A stretch of 64,000 bases of DNA from Mobula hypostoma (taxonomy: Eukaryota), in contig NC_086097.1 of NCBI RefSeq assembly GCF_963921235.1, forward strand, positions 35,342,001-35,406,000. The letters are read 5' to 3'. Shown piece after piece: positions 26,936 to 40,069 of this stretch. Below the pieces are notes generated by a model. That model searched no databases. It was given only the letters and a program-made list of their open reading frames with translations, and was not told the origin of the DNA. The stretch's first letter is position 1; every line of letters begins with the position of its first letter. Made by a program: the position numbers and the translations under genes.

Positions 26936-29481
26936 GCAAAATACTTCAAGTTAGGCCTCACCAATGTCTTATACAATTTCAACACAACATCCCAACTCCT
27001 GTATTCAGTGTATTGATTTATGAAGGCCATTATGCCAAAAACTTTCTTAACGATCTATCTACAAGCCACTTTCAAGGAATTATGTATCTGTATTCCCGGA
27101 TCCCTCTGTTCTACTGCACTCCACAGTGCTGTGCTGGTCACTGTGTAAGACCTACCCTGGCTGATCCTCCCAAAGTGCAACATCTCACACTTGTCCGCAT
27201 TAAATTCCATCTGCTATTTTTCAGCCCACAAGGTCCAAGGGAACACCTTGCCAGGCGCTGGGGATTTATCTATCCTAATTTTCCTCAAGACACCAAACAC
27301 CTTCTTCTCTGTAGTCTGTATAAGATCCATGAAATTACTACTGCTTGCCCCACTTCTACAGACTCTGTGTCTGTCTCCTGAGTGAATACAGATGCAAAAA
27401 AGCAATTTAAGATCTCCCCCGTGTCTTTCAGCTCCCTGCATTGATCTTCCAGAGGAGCAATTTTATCCTTTCGCTCTTAATACAGTCTATCTGTAGAAGT
27501 CCTTCAGATTCTCCTTTATCTCGTCTGCTAGTGCAGCCTCATGCCTTCTTTTAGCCCTCTTGATTTCCTTCTTAAGTGTTCTCTTACAGTTATATGCTCC
27601 TCAAGTACTTAATTTTTCCTACCTGCCTATATCTGCTATGCACCTCCTTCTTTATCTTAACCAGGGCTTCAATTCTCTCGCCAAGCAAGGTTCCTCAAAC
27701 CTGTTATTCCTGCCTTTTATTCTGACAGGAACATACAAACTCTGTACTCTCCCACTTAACAAATACAGCTTTGCTAGAAAACAACCTATCTCAATTCACA
27801 TTGGCCAGATCCTTTCCGATACTATCAAAATTGGCCTTTTTCCAATTTAGAATTTCAACACGAGGACCAGGCCTATCCTTTTCCATAATTACCTTGAAAC
27901 TAATAGTATTACGATCACTAGGTGTGAAGTTTTCCCCTACACAAACTTCTTTTACTTGTCCTGTCTCATTCCCTAGTAAGAGATCAGGTATCACACTCTC
28001 TTGTTGGGGCTCCCATGTACTGATTAAGGAAATTTCCGTGAACACATTTGATAAACTCTTCCCCATCCAGCCCTTTTATAGCATGGGAGTTCCTGTCAAA
28101 ATGTGAAAAGTTAAAATCGCCTACCATCACAACCTTATGTTTCTTGCAACAGTCTGTGACCTCTCTACAGATTGGTCACTCTAAATCCCACAGGCTGTGG
28201 GTAATAATATATTTCTATTCATGTAGTCATATCTTGCTTAATCCTCAGTTCTATCAATAATACCTTACTAAATGAGCTCTCCAGTCTGGCCTGTCTGAGC
28301 ACTGCCATGAGCTTTTCCCTGTCTAGAAATGCCCTTTAATCCCTTCTGCTCTATCATGTCTAAAACAACAGAACCCAAGGACATTGATCTGCCATTCTTG
28401 CCCCTTCTGCAACCAAGTCTCACTAAAGGCATAATGGCTGCTCACCCTCCCACTTAAGAATACTGTGGACTCGATTATGGACTTGATCTGAGATGTCTCT
28501 GACCCTGGCATCTGGGAGGTAACAAAATGTTTTGAATCTCGTTCTCATCCATAGAACCTTCTTTCTGTTCCCCTAACCAACAAATCCCCTATCGCTACAG
28601 TGGCCTCTTTTGAGTGACAACCCCCTCCCCAACAGTATGCAATGCAGTGTATCCAGTGTAGAGTGGAATGACCACAGAGGTACTCTACACTGGCTGCCTA
28701 TCCCTTTCACCCTCCTGACACCCACCCACTTACCTGTGTCCTTCATCTTGGGTGTAACTACCTCCCTGTATGTCCTGTCTATCAGCCCCACAGCCTCCAG
28801 AATGATCCCGAGCTCATCCAGTTCCGCCTCCAAATCCTTATCATGGTCCGTTAGAAGCTGCAGGTGTAGTTGTCAGGGGCACTGGAGGTCTCCCTGCCTT
28901 CCCACATCCTGCAAGAGGGGCATTGCACTATCCTACCTGGCATCCCCACTGCTCTAAATGTACAATAAGAAAGAAAGAAGAAATAACAAAAAAAAATCTA
29001 CCTTTGGCCTACACCTCTCCTTGCTGAAGCCTCAGTGAGGTAAAGCCTCAATTCTCCACTCTAACACTGGCCCACTCACACAGTGGCTGCTCCGCTGAAA
29101 CCCAACTTATTTTTCTTGAACCTTGCCAAGTGTCTTATTATGTGCAATCTTCTGTCTCCTTGGAAAATGTGGTGCATAAAATGTGCTGACTGCGCATTTG
29201 ATAGAATAGTTCAATAGTTCCATTTAATATAAGAGAATGTATACAATATACAGCCTGAAATTCTTGTTCTTCACAGACACCCACGAAAATAGAAGAGAGA
29301 CCTGTGAGGAAATGTAACATAAAAAAACTGGAAATGTCAAAGCTAAGTCTAAAGTCCCTAGCAAATTATTGGGATATAGAGGTTACTGCTAGAAAAAAAA
29401 ACTATATAGAAAGGCTTGTATTTATATGGTGCTTTCATTCTTGCTTTCAGAACATCCTTAAGCACATTATGAAATATTTCA

Positions 29482-30030
29482 GTCATAGAGTCATAGTCTA
29501 GAAAAGTACAGTACAGAAACAAGCCCTTCAGCCCATCTAGTCCATGCCAAACCATTTTTACTGCTTACTCCCATCAACCTGCACTGGGACCATAGCCCTC
29601 CATACCCCTACCATCCATGTACCTATCCAAATTTCTCTTAAAAGTTGAAATCAAGCTCACATGCACCTCCTGTGCTGAACAAGTTTCCCCTTATGTTCCC
29701 CCTAAACTTTTTACCTTTTGCCCTTAACACATGACCTCCAGTTGTAGTCCTACCCAACCTCACTGGAAAAAGTCATTGTTGTAAATATTTTTTCTTTGGG
29801 GATGAAGATCGGTCTAAAATAGATGTGGCTAAATTAGTGAGGTGACAGCATTATTTATAATCATTTACTTGCTTCAGGACCGGATGACATAGGAGCAGAA
29901 TTAGGTTATTCAGCTTCTTGAGTCTGCTCTGCTATTCCATGATAGCTGATTTGTCATCTCATTCTCCTGCCTTCTCCCTGTAACCTTTGACGCCCTTACT
30001 AATCAGGAACCTATCAACCTCTTCTTTAGA
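29482..30030 (-). mobile_element. Two CR1 3' end fragments (about 29482-29772 and 29885-30030)
   Basis: (AGTCATAG)n tail plus cagaaacaagcccttcagccc; gacataggagcagaattaggttattcagc. Confidence 0.75.
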
Positions 30031-30235
30031 TCTTGACATCATGCTGGCATGTAGCTTCACAAAAGCTCTGTATCAAACTCAGAGTTGTCATTCTGTCCCA
30101 GTTCATTATTGCTCGCAAATATGCAAATCCTGGAAATTACAGGAAGGATATAAATAAGGTTGAAAGAGTGCAGAGAAGGTTTACAAGGATGTTGCCGGGA
30201 CTTGAGAAACTCAGTTACAGAGAAAGGTTACAGAC

Positions 30236-33200
30236 TTATCCAAACTTGACGCTTTCCAAAAGCTCCAGCACATCCTCTTTCTTAATATCCACATGCTGAA
30301 GCTTTTCAGTCTGCTGAAAGTCATCACTACAATCACCAAGATCCTTTTCCATAGTGAATACTGATGTGAAGTATTCATTAAGTACCTCTGCTATTTCCTC
30401 CGGTTCCATACACACTTTCCCACTGTCACACTTGATAGGTCCTATTCTTTCACGTCTTATCCTCTTGCTCTTCACATACTTGTAGAATGCCTTGGGGTTT
30501 TCCTTAATCCTGCCCGCCAAGGCCTTCTCATGGCCCCTTCTGGCTTTCCTAATTTCCTTCTTAAGCTCCTTCCTATTACTTCACTTTACTTTACTTTACT
30601 TTATTGTCGCCAAACAATTGATACTAGAGGGTACAATCATCACAGCGATATTTGATTCTGCACTTCGTGCACCCTGGATTACAAATCGATAGTAAATATT
30701 AAAAATTTAAATTATAAATCATACATAGAAAACAGAAAAGGGAAAGTAAGGTAGTGCAAAAAACAAATGAGAGGCAGGTCCAGATATTTGGAGGGTACGC
30801 CCCAGATCCGGGTCAGGATGCGTTCAGCAGTCTTATCACAGTTGGAAAGAAGCTGTTCCCAAATCTGGCCGTATGAGTCTTCAAGTTCCTGAGCCTTCTC
30901 CCGGAGGGAAGAGGGACGAAAAGTGTGTTGGCTGGGTGGGTTGTGTCCTTGATTATCCTGGCAGCACTGCTCCGACAGCGTGCGGTGTAAAGTGAGTCCA
31001 AGGACGGAAGATTGGTTTGTGTGAGGTGCTGGGCTGTGTTCACGATCTTCTGCAGCTTCTTCCGGTCTTGGACAGGACAACTTCCATGCCAGGTTGTGAT
31101 GCACCATAGAAGGATGCTTTCTACAGTGCATCTATAAAAATTAGTGAGGGTTTTAGCTTTATAATCTTCTAGATCTCTAACATTACCTAGCTCTCTGAAC
31201 CTTTTGTAAGCTTTTCTTTTTTTCTTGACTAGATTTATTACAGCCTTGGTACACCACGGTTCCTGTACCGTACCATAACTGCCCTGTCTCATTGGAACAT
31301 ACCTATGCAGAACTCCACACAAATATTCCCTGAACATTTGCCACATTTCTTCCGTACTTTTCCCTGAGAACATCTGTTTCCAATTTAAGCTTCCAATTTC
31401 CTGCCTGATAGCCTCATAATTCCCCTTACTCCAATTAAACGCTTTTCTAACTTGTCTGTTCCTATCTCTCTCCAATGCTATTGTAAAGGAGATAGAATTA
31501 TGATCACTATCTCCAAAATGCTCTCCCACTGAGAGATCTGACACCTGACCAGGTTCATTTCCCAATACCAAATCAAGTACAGCCTCTCCTCTTGTAGGCT
31601 TATCTACATATTGTGTCAAGAAACCTTCCTGAACACACCTAACAAACTCCACCCCATCTAAACCCCTCGCTCTAGGGAAATGCCAATCGATATTTGGGAA
31701 ATAAAAATCTCCCATCACGACAACTCTGTTATTACTACACCTTTCCAGGATCTGTTTCCCTACCTGCTCCTTGATATCCCTGTTACTATTGGGTGGCCAT
31801 AAAAAAACACCCAGTAAAGTTATTGACCCTTTTCTGTTCCTAACTTCCAGCCACAGAGACTCCGTAGTCGATCCCTCCATGGCACCCATCTTATCTGCAG
31901 CCGTAACACTATCTCTGATCAACAGTGCCACGCCCCGACCTCTTTTGCCTCCCTCCCTGTCCTTTCTGAAGCATCTAAAACCCGGCACTTGAAGTAACCA
32001 TTCCTGTCCCTGAGCCACCCAAGTCTCTGTAATGGCCACCACATCATATCTCCAAGTATTGATCCACGCTCTAAGCTCATCTGCTTTGTTCACAATACTC
32101 CTTGTCTTAAAATAGACACATCTCAAACCTTCGGTCTGAGCACGTCCCTTGTCTATCACCTGCCTATCCTCCCTCACACATTGCCTCCAAGCTTTCTCTA
32201 TTTGTGAGCCAACTGCTTCTTCCCCAGTCTCTTCAGTTCGGTTCCCACCCCCCAACAATTCTAGTTTAAACTCTCTCCAGTAGCCTTAGCAAACCTCCCT
32301 GCCAGGATATTGGCCCCCTCGGATTCAAGTGCAACCCGTCTTTTTTGTACAAGTCACACCTGCCCCAAAAGAGGTCCCAATGATCCAGAAATCTGAATCT
32401 CTGCCCCCTGCTCCAATCCCTCAGCCACGCATTTATCCTCCACTTCATTGCATTCCTATACTCACTGTCGCGTGGCACAGGCAGTAATCTCGAGATTACT
32501 ACCTTTGCTGTCCTGCTTCTCAACTTCCTTCCTAACTCCCTGTCATCTTTTTTCAGGACCTCTTCCCTTTTCCTACCTATGTCATTGGTACCAATATGTA
32601 CCACAACCTCTGGCTGTTCTCCCTCCCACTGCAAGATATCTTGGATGCGATCTGAAACATCCTGGAACCAGGATCCTGGCACCTGGGAGGCAAACTACCA
32701 TTCTTTCCTGTGTCCACAGAATGGCCTGTCTGGCCCCCTAACTATAGAATCCCCTATCACTACTGCCTTCCTCTTCCTTCTCCTACCCTACTGAGCCACA
32801 GGGCCCGACTGTCTGCCAGAGGCACGGCCACTGTTGCTTCCCCCAGGTAGGCCGTTTCCCCCCCCCAACAGTACTCAAACAGGAGTACTTATTGTCAAGG
32901 GGTACATCCACAGGAGTACTCTCTAGTACCTGACTCTTCCCCTTTCCTCTCCTGACTGTTACCCACTTGTCTGTCTCCTGTGGCCCCAGTGTGACCACCT
33001 GCCTATAACTCCTTACTTTCACCTCCTCGCTCTCCATGACCAGGCAAAGGTCATCGAGCTGTGTCTCCAGTTCCCTAACTCGGTCCCTTAGGTGCTGCAG
33101 CTCGACGCACCGGGTGCAGATATGGCCGTCCGGGAGGCTGGGAAACTCCAGGACCTCCCACATCTGACACCAAGCACAGAAAACCGGCCTCACACACATA

Positions 33201-33460
33201 ATGCTTCCTTTCTGCAGTTAACACAGGTAAACCTACCTCGCCTCGTTACCACCTAAGCCTGTTGAGCCAAAGCCCTATCACTTTGCCTCCCTCTCACTCT
33301 GCTGCCCGCTGGATATGGTGGTCTTCTTTATAAAGCTTTCCTGCTTTATTGGCTGATGTCATGTGCCTGCAAGGTCTTGCCTCTCTTTTACCCCAAGTAG
33401 TAAAACTGTCTTCACTCAGGAAATCCTTAGCCGTTTACCTCAGCCTTCTTGCACCGAATC
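30236..33460 (-). mobile_element. Relatively young CR1 LINE with 5' UTR, ORF1 (Zn finger + SGNH esterase) and ORF2 APE endonuclease; 3' half missing
   Basis: ORF1: CAWCQMWE..HICTRC, VVVHIGTNDIGR, DGLHLN. ORF2: DVVAITETW, VMGDFYFPNIDW, LDLVLGN, GDSDHN. Continues after the nested insert as RIKENPKAFYKYVK. Confidence 0.95.
30579..31152 (-). mobile_element. Rex/Babar-like LINE 3' fragment nested in CR1 ORF2
   Basis: LTNFYRCTVESIL..DRKKLQKIVNTAQH..LPSGRRLR..NSFFPTVIRLLN; (TAAAG)n tail; TTA on both sides (30576-78, 31153-55). Confidence 0.92.
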
Positions 33461-33464
33461 TTGA

Positions 33465-33692
33465 CAATAGAGACGAGGAGGAATTTATTTAACCACCTGT
33501 GGAATTCATTGCTGCAGGCGGCTGTGGAGGTCAACTCACCGGAAGTATATATAAAGTGGAGGTTAATAGGTTCTTGATTAGTCAGGGTGTCAAAGGTCAC
33601 AGGGAGAAGGTTGAGAGGGATAATAAATCAGCCATGATGGGATGGTGAAGCAGACTGGATGGCTACAGTTCTGCTCCTGTCTTATTGTCTTA
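33465..33692 (+). mobile_element. CR1 3' fragment
   Basis: agagacgaggaggaatttatttaacc..tggaattcattg..ttctgctcctgtcttattgtctta. Confidence 0.75.
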
Positions 33693-34441
33693 CCCTTAGA
33701 CTTAGTGCAACTTACAACTGCCTCGTGGCTCGGATCAAATGCAGGCAAACTGATTGATGAAGTAGCCTGCTTCTAGACCTCAAACAACTATGAGCAGTGG
33801 ATACTGCATGCCACCTGCTGTAATGTGCTCCCTGGAGCAAACATAAAATAGAACAATCTGATAATAAAATGACAATAAAGCTTGAAAGGATGGGAAAAAA
33901 TAGAATGTTCTCATGAGATTCATTCAACTCCAAAAATAATAGTAGTACATTAATAGAACGAGCATCTTAACTTACAAATTTTGAGAATGTACCTTGTATC
34001 AAATGCACATTTATAATTTATTAATTTCTGAGAAAGTCTGCTGTATTTTCAGTCAATATTTAATATTCATAAAATGTTAAAACTTTGCCTACAGTGAACA
34101 GAAAAAATGTTCCTTTTGTCTTCACTGCAGCACAAAATAAGTGACTGCACAAGACTGCAGAAATTTTCTAGACAAAGGTTGCTGGGAGCTTTTAGTGGGA
34201 ACCTGGTGATCAACAGTTGCAAGTTGTATTAGTCTGAAGACATGATCTATCTGCTGGAGACTGCTAGAGTGAAGATTGTGGAGGAATAAAGCAATCCGGA
34301 CCAGAACTTCCTAATTTTCCCTTTTAACAAAAGAACACAGGAAAATAGAAGCAGGAAGTGGTTATAGCAGGAAAACAGAACACAAAAGAATAGAAGCAGG
34401 AAGTGAAAATAGAAGTTTTGTAGGAGTGAACGCTTACATTG

Positions 34442-34577
34442 TTCTTCTTCTTGGGCCCTTAGCTCCTGGTGGAGCACAGCCCATTGATGACCTCCAGTCT
34501 CGATCGTCTGGTATGGTTGTATTCCGTCAATGCTTCTGTAATCCATCATATCCACTGTACAGGGATTGGCCTATACT
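34442..34577 (-). repeat. Short interspersed repeat with (GAA)n tail, possibly RTE-related (copy 1)
   Basis: Its reverse complement aligns along the whole length with 45789-45932. Confidence 0.7.
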
Positions 34578-35093
34578 GCTTCACCAGAGCCCCGTAGGCC
34601 GGCCTTACCCGTTTCCACCTCTCACGACGAGGATGTAGGATCAGACTTTGAGAGGCTAAGTAGGATGCCATAGTGGGATGAGAAATTGGCACAGCATTGT
34701 GGGCCACAGGGCCTGTACTGTGCTGTAGCATTCTATGTTCTATTATTGGACCACCTGATCCGCCATTCAGTCCGATCGTGGCTGATCTGTTTCAGCTCTC
34801 AGCCCCTCTTCCATGGCAGCTCCACATTGCCCTTAATTTCCTCATCTGCCTAAAATTTCTCTACCTTTTATTTATTTACTTAAATGTTCCATCCTCCGCC
34901 AACCCCTGGAGAAGCGAGTCCTAGATTCAGCTTGCTCTGGGAGAAGCAGTTTCTACCCACTTTAGTTTTAAGTGACCTCCCTCTTTTCTTAGCTATGTCC
35001 CCACACTCAAAACATCTCAATACATGGGCATCAAAGGTAGCTGTCCATTTAGTTCCCATCCTCATTTACTTTACTAACCATCTTTAAAACATG

Positions 35094-35655
35094 CAGCCAG
35101 TAGTCACTTTATTAGGTACACCTGTACATCTGTTCATGAATGCAACTAACTAATCAACCAATCATGTAGCAGCAACTCAATGCATTAAAAAGCATGCAGA
35201 CATGGTCAAGAGGTTCATTTGTTGTTCAGGTCAAACATCAGAATGGGAAAGAAATGTGACCTAAGTGAGTTTGACTGGGGAATGATTGTTGGTGCCACAT
35301 GTGGTGTTGAAGTATCTCAGAAACTGCTGATATTCTGGGACTTTAGGTCTCTAGAGTTTTACAGAGTGTGGTGCAAAAAGCACAAAACTTCTAGTGAGTG
35401 GCAATTCTGTGGGTGAAAATGCATTGTTAATGAAAGAACTCAGAGGAGAATAGCCTGACAGGTTTAAGCTGACAGGAAGGTGACAGTAACTCAAATAACC
35501 ACGCGTTACAACAGTGATGTGCAGAAGAGCATCTCTGAATGCACAACATGGTGAATCATGAAGTGAATAGGCTACAGCAGCAAAAGACCATGAACAAGCT
35601 CTCAGTGGCCATCTTATTATATATGGGAGGTACCTAATAAAGTGGCCACTGAGTG
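35094..35655 (+). mobile_element. Non-autonomous Tc1-like DNA transposon
   Basis: TIRs cagccagtagtcactttattaggtac and gtacctaataaagtggccactgagtg. Transposase N-terminal remnant MGKKCDLSEFDWGMIVGA. Confidence 0.85.
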
Positions 35656-35696
35656 AATAAGTTTGGTAGCTACATAGACAGGCATGGATAATATTA

Positions 35697-35835
35697 AACA
35701 CAAAATACTCTGCAGATGCTGAGGTCAAAGCAACACTCACAACAGAACTCATGAAGGGTTCTGGCCCAAAACGTTGACTGATCATTTCCATGGGTGCTGC
35801 CCGACCTGCTGAGTTCCTCCAGCGTGTTGTGTGGA
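35697..35835. mobile_element. Penelope terminal-repeat remnant with inverted halves and decayed hammerhead
   Basis: aacacaaaatactctgcagatgctg (- orientation) followed by atgaagggttctggcccaaaacgttgactg..ctgctgagttcctccagc (+). Confidence 0.7.
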
Positions 35836-35968
35836 TAACGTTATGTGGTCTTCTCATTTAAAGGTGGCATGGCTTCTAAAACTTGGACCAAAGATCTCAC
35901 ATAATTATGTTCAGCAGAATTCCAGTCACATGGAGTATCCTCATCACCTTTAGAACACAAAAAAAAAC

Positions 35969-36609
<641 letters not shown>

Positions 36610-37646
36610 TAGCAAGTTGTGCAATTTGATCACCATGTTTTATGAAGAAAATGATGTACGCATTTCTTTTCTGGCCCATCATTGTCTTTAAAAAATTATG
36701 GTTTGCAGCCTTTTCTACTGGCTGACATTGGTTCATAAAATAATCAAAGTTAACACTGATTTGTTAGGGATTGAATTCAATACATCATAAGATCACAATT
36801 CATTATCCTCTCCCCATGTTGCTGGTTATGAAAATCATGAACATGACATTCTGTGGTTGTGTTTCAAGTGAAGATAATTTATTTTTTTCCTTTTATGCTT
36901 GTTTATGATGAGATATGAACCAATGGTTCTAAATTCATCATGTACCTTAATCTAATAACTGTTATCTTTAAAGGTTATTTCACTGTTATTCATAATTGGT
37001 ACACTAATAGCTTCTCCTTCATTTGACTATCAATTTATTTTAATAGAATCACAGAATTGTTATCGTGTTTGGTCAATCATGCCCATGCTAGATCCCAGAA
37101 GAACAATTTTGTGACTCCCATTCCTCTGCTCTTCTCCATAACCCTATAATTGATTTTCTTTCAACTGCCTACCTAAGAACTTTTGAAGGCACTAATTTAT
37201 TTTGTGCTCACCAACCTTATAGACAAAGAATTCCAAATTTTAATTCTATTCTCAGGGGAAAAGAAACGTTTCCTCACTCTTCTCCCTTTTACCCAATTTT
37301 TTAAATCTACGTCCCTGGTCCTTCAACCATTCACTGATAGGCACAGTGGGACTTCACTGTTCTAAATCGGTCATGTATATCTTCATCACTTCTTCTCTGT
37401 AAGTTCATTCATCCAAGCTGAATATCACCAGCTTCTCTAATCGAACTTTAGGCAGAAATAAATTATTAATCTAAGCCCAGTTACAATGTATAAGAGAAAA
37501 CTGATATAAAAAATTTCATCTGTTTTCAGCTAGATCAGGGGACCCCAATCTTTTTTTATGCTATGGACCAATATCACAAAGCAAGGGGTCAGTGGGACCC
37601 CCTGGGCTAGCTGAAAGGAGAGCAGGCTAGTATGTTCCAGTTAAGT

Positions 37647-38095
37647 ACAAGAGATTCTTCAGATGCTGAAAATCTTGAGCAACAGATGTAAAATGCTGGA
37701 AGAACTCAGTAAATCAGGCAGCGTCTATGGTGGGGGAATAAATAGCCCATGCTTCAGGCCAAGACCCTTTATCAGGACTGGAATGGAAGGGAGAAGAAGC
37801 CAGAATAAGGAGGTTGCAGCGATAGGTGAGACCAGGTGAGGGGGGAGATGTGTGGGTGAGGAATGGGGAATAAAGTAAGAAGCTGCAAGGGGATAGGTGG
37901 ATATGGTACGGGGCTGAAGAAGGAGCAATCTAATAGGAGAGGACAGTGGACCATGGAAGAAAGGGGTGGAGGAGGAGAGCCAGAGGGAGATGATGGGCAG
38001 ATAAAGAGAGGAGAAGGGGCGAGAGGGTAACCTCAATGGAGAATGGAAAAGGAGTAAAGTGAGGACAAGAAATTACTGGAACTTGGACAAATCGA
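37647..38095 (-). mobile_element. Penelope-like element 3' fragment with decayed hammerhead (about 37745-37780)
   Basis: Homologous to 14122-14497; gcttcaggccaagaccctttatcaggactgg. Confidence 0.8.
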
Positions 38096-38194
38096 AGCTC
38101 ATGTGGTATTATTCCATCCTCTCTGCACTAGTGGGACTTTATCTGCTCTACCACACAGACAGAAAATGAGCTTCCAAAACTGGCGAAAGGAAAA

Positions 38195-39190
38195 GAACCG
38201 CATCATCAAGTTCACCGATGACACGACCGTGGTGGGTCTCATCAGCAAGAACGACGAGTCAGCATACAGAGAGGAGGTGCAGCGGCTAACGGACTGGTGC
38301 AGAGCCAACAACCTGTCTCTGAATGTGAATGAAACAAAAGAGATGGTTGTTGACTTCAGGAGGACATGGAGCGACCACTCTTCGCTTAACATCGACGACT
38401 CCTCTGTAGAGAACATTAAGAGCAACAAATTTCTTGGTGTTCACCTGGCAGAGAATCTCACCTGGTCCCTCAACACCAGCTCCATAGCAAAGAGAGCCCA
38501 GCAACATCTCTACTTTCTGCGAAGGCTGAGAAAAGTCCATCTCCCCTGCCCCATCCTCACCACATTCTACAGAGGTTGTATTGAGAGCATCCTGAGCAGC
38601 TGCATCACTGCCTGGTTCAGAAATTGCACCATCTCAGATCGCAAGACCCTGCAGCAGATAGTGAAGTCAGCTGAGAAGATCATCGGGGTCTCCCTTCCCG
38701 CCATTAGAGACATTTACACCGCACGCTGCATCCGTAAAGCAAACAGCATTATGAAGGACCCCGCGCACCCTTCATACAAACTCTTCTCCCTCCTGCTATC
38801 GGGCAAAAGGCACTGAAGTATTCGGGCTTTCACAACCAGTCTATGTAACAGTTTCTTCCCCCAAGTCATCAGACTCCTCAATACCCAGAGCCTGGACTGA
38901 CACCAACCTACTGCCCTCTACTGTGCCTATTGTCTTGTTTATTATTTATTGTAATGCCTGCACTGTTTTGTGCACTTTATGCAGTCCTGGGTAGGTCTGT
39001 AGTCTAGTGTAGTTTTTGTGTTGTTTTACGTAGTTCAGTGTAGTTTTTGTGTTGTTTTACGTAGTTCAGTGTAGTTTTTGTATTGTTTCATGTAGCACCA
39101 TGGTCCTAAAAAACATTGTCGCATTTTTACTGTGTACTGTACCAGCAGTTATGGTCAAAAGGACAATAAAATGTGACTTGACTTGACTTG
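38195..39190 (+). mobile_element. Young Rex/Babar-like LINE, 5'-truncated
   Basis: Open frame [45 protein letters not shown]; (GACTT)n tail at 39175-39190. Confidence 0.92.
38999..39091 (+). repeat. 31-bp tandem repeat, 3 copies, in the LINE 3' UTR
   Basis: Unit gtagttcagtgtagtttttgtgttgttttac at 38999, 39030 and 39061 with few mismatches. Confidence 0.9.
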
Positions 39191-40069
39191 AGATCATTCC
39201 GCATTCACTTCCCTCATTTAAGCAAGACACAGAGGAACAGTAAAGAGACCACCGCGTGGGAGTGGTACCATCTTTGACCTTTTGGCAGAGGGCCCACCAA
39301 GCCTGAAACCTCCTCCACAGAAGCACGATCACAGTCTGTCAGATACATCCACTGGCAAAACTTCATTGTGATCACTTCATCCTCTTTGATTTAACATCTG
39401 TGCTGCTACATCATCGTCAAGAGGTTTTCTTGACGATGATGTCAGCAACAATCTTCTGTTCTGTCTTCACTGGACAGTTTAAGTGAGTGGGCAGACATCT
39501 GGAGTACAATGTGGGAGAATGTAAAACTGACATTCTGGCAAATAAGTGAAAACAAAAAAAAATCAGGAAAGCATTATAAAAGTAATTGATCAATTGTGCA
39601 GTTTTCCTCTCTTTGAATTTCTTTGACAATTGAGACAAACTTTTTTATTATCCTTGAATCACATGAGCCATGTAAAAATCTTTCTGCAACAAGCTGTTTC
39701 AAATACATGAAGCTGATAATTTTATGTAAAAAGAGCATTTTTTTAAACATAGACTGAGATTCTAAGTGTGGCATACAGCAGCTGTGACAATTCTTCCAAT
39801 AAATTATAAATAGCTTTACTGCAGCTGCAGAGCTTCCATACTGAAACCACAACGAAGGATGATGGAGTATGCTGAGCCACAAGTTATTGTGAAAATAATA
39901 ACCAGACTAATAGCACTCACCAAGTTACAAATTGCCCAGCTATTTAAGATGAGCACAGCAGAACAGAGAAGTATGGATATTGCCGTTCAATATTGGGAAC
40001 AATATAGCACTTGGAATATTCTGTTTAGTTCTGGTTGCCTCATTATAGGTAGGATATGGAAGCTTATCA

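Larger units (their letters stand above)
26417..29130 (-). mobile_element. Internally deleted CR1 retaining 5' region, ORF1 remnant, endonuclease remnant and 3' end
   Basis: ORF1 remnant MEAELDEL..YREVVTP..KWVGVRR; EN remnant SETWLQKGQEWQINVLG and DLLLGNETGQV; C-terminus LSYRERLNGLGIYSLEFRRLREDFIEV. The RT core is missing. Confidence 0.88.

Noticed and set aside
38999..39091. CRISPR-like array
   Set aside because: Head-to-tail 31-bp repeats with no spacers, inside a vertebrate LINE 3' UTR.
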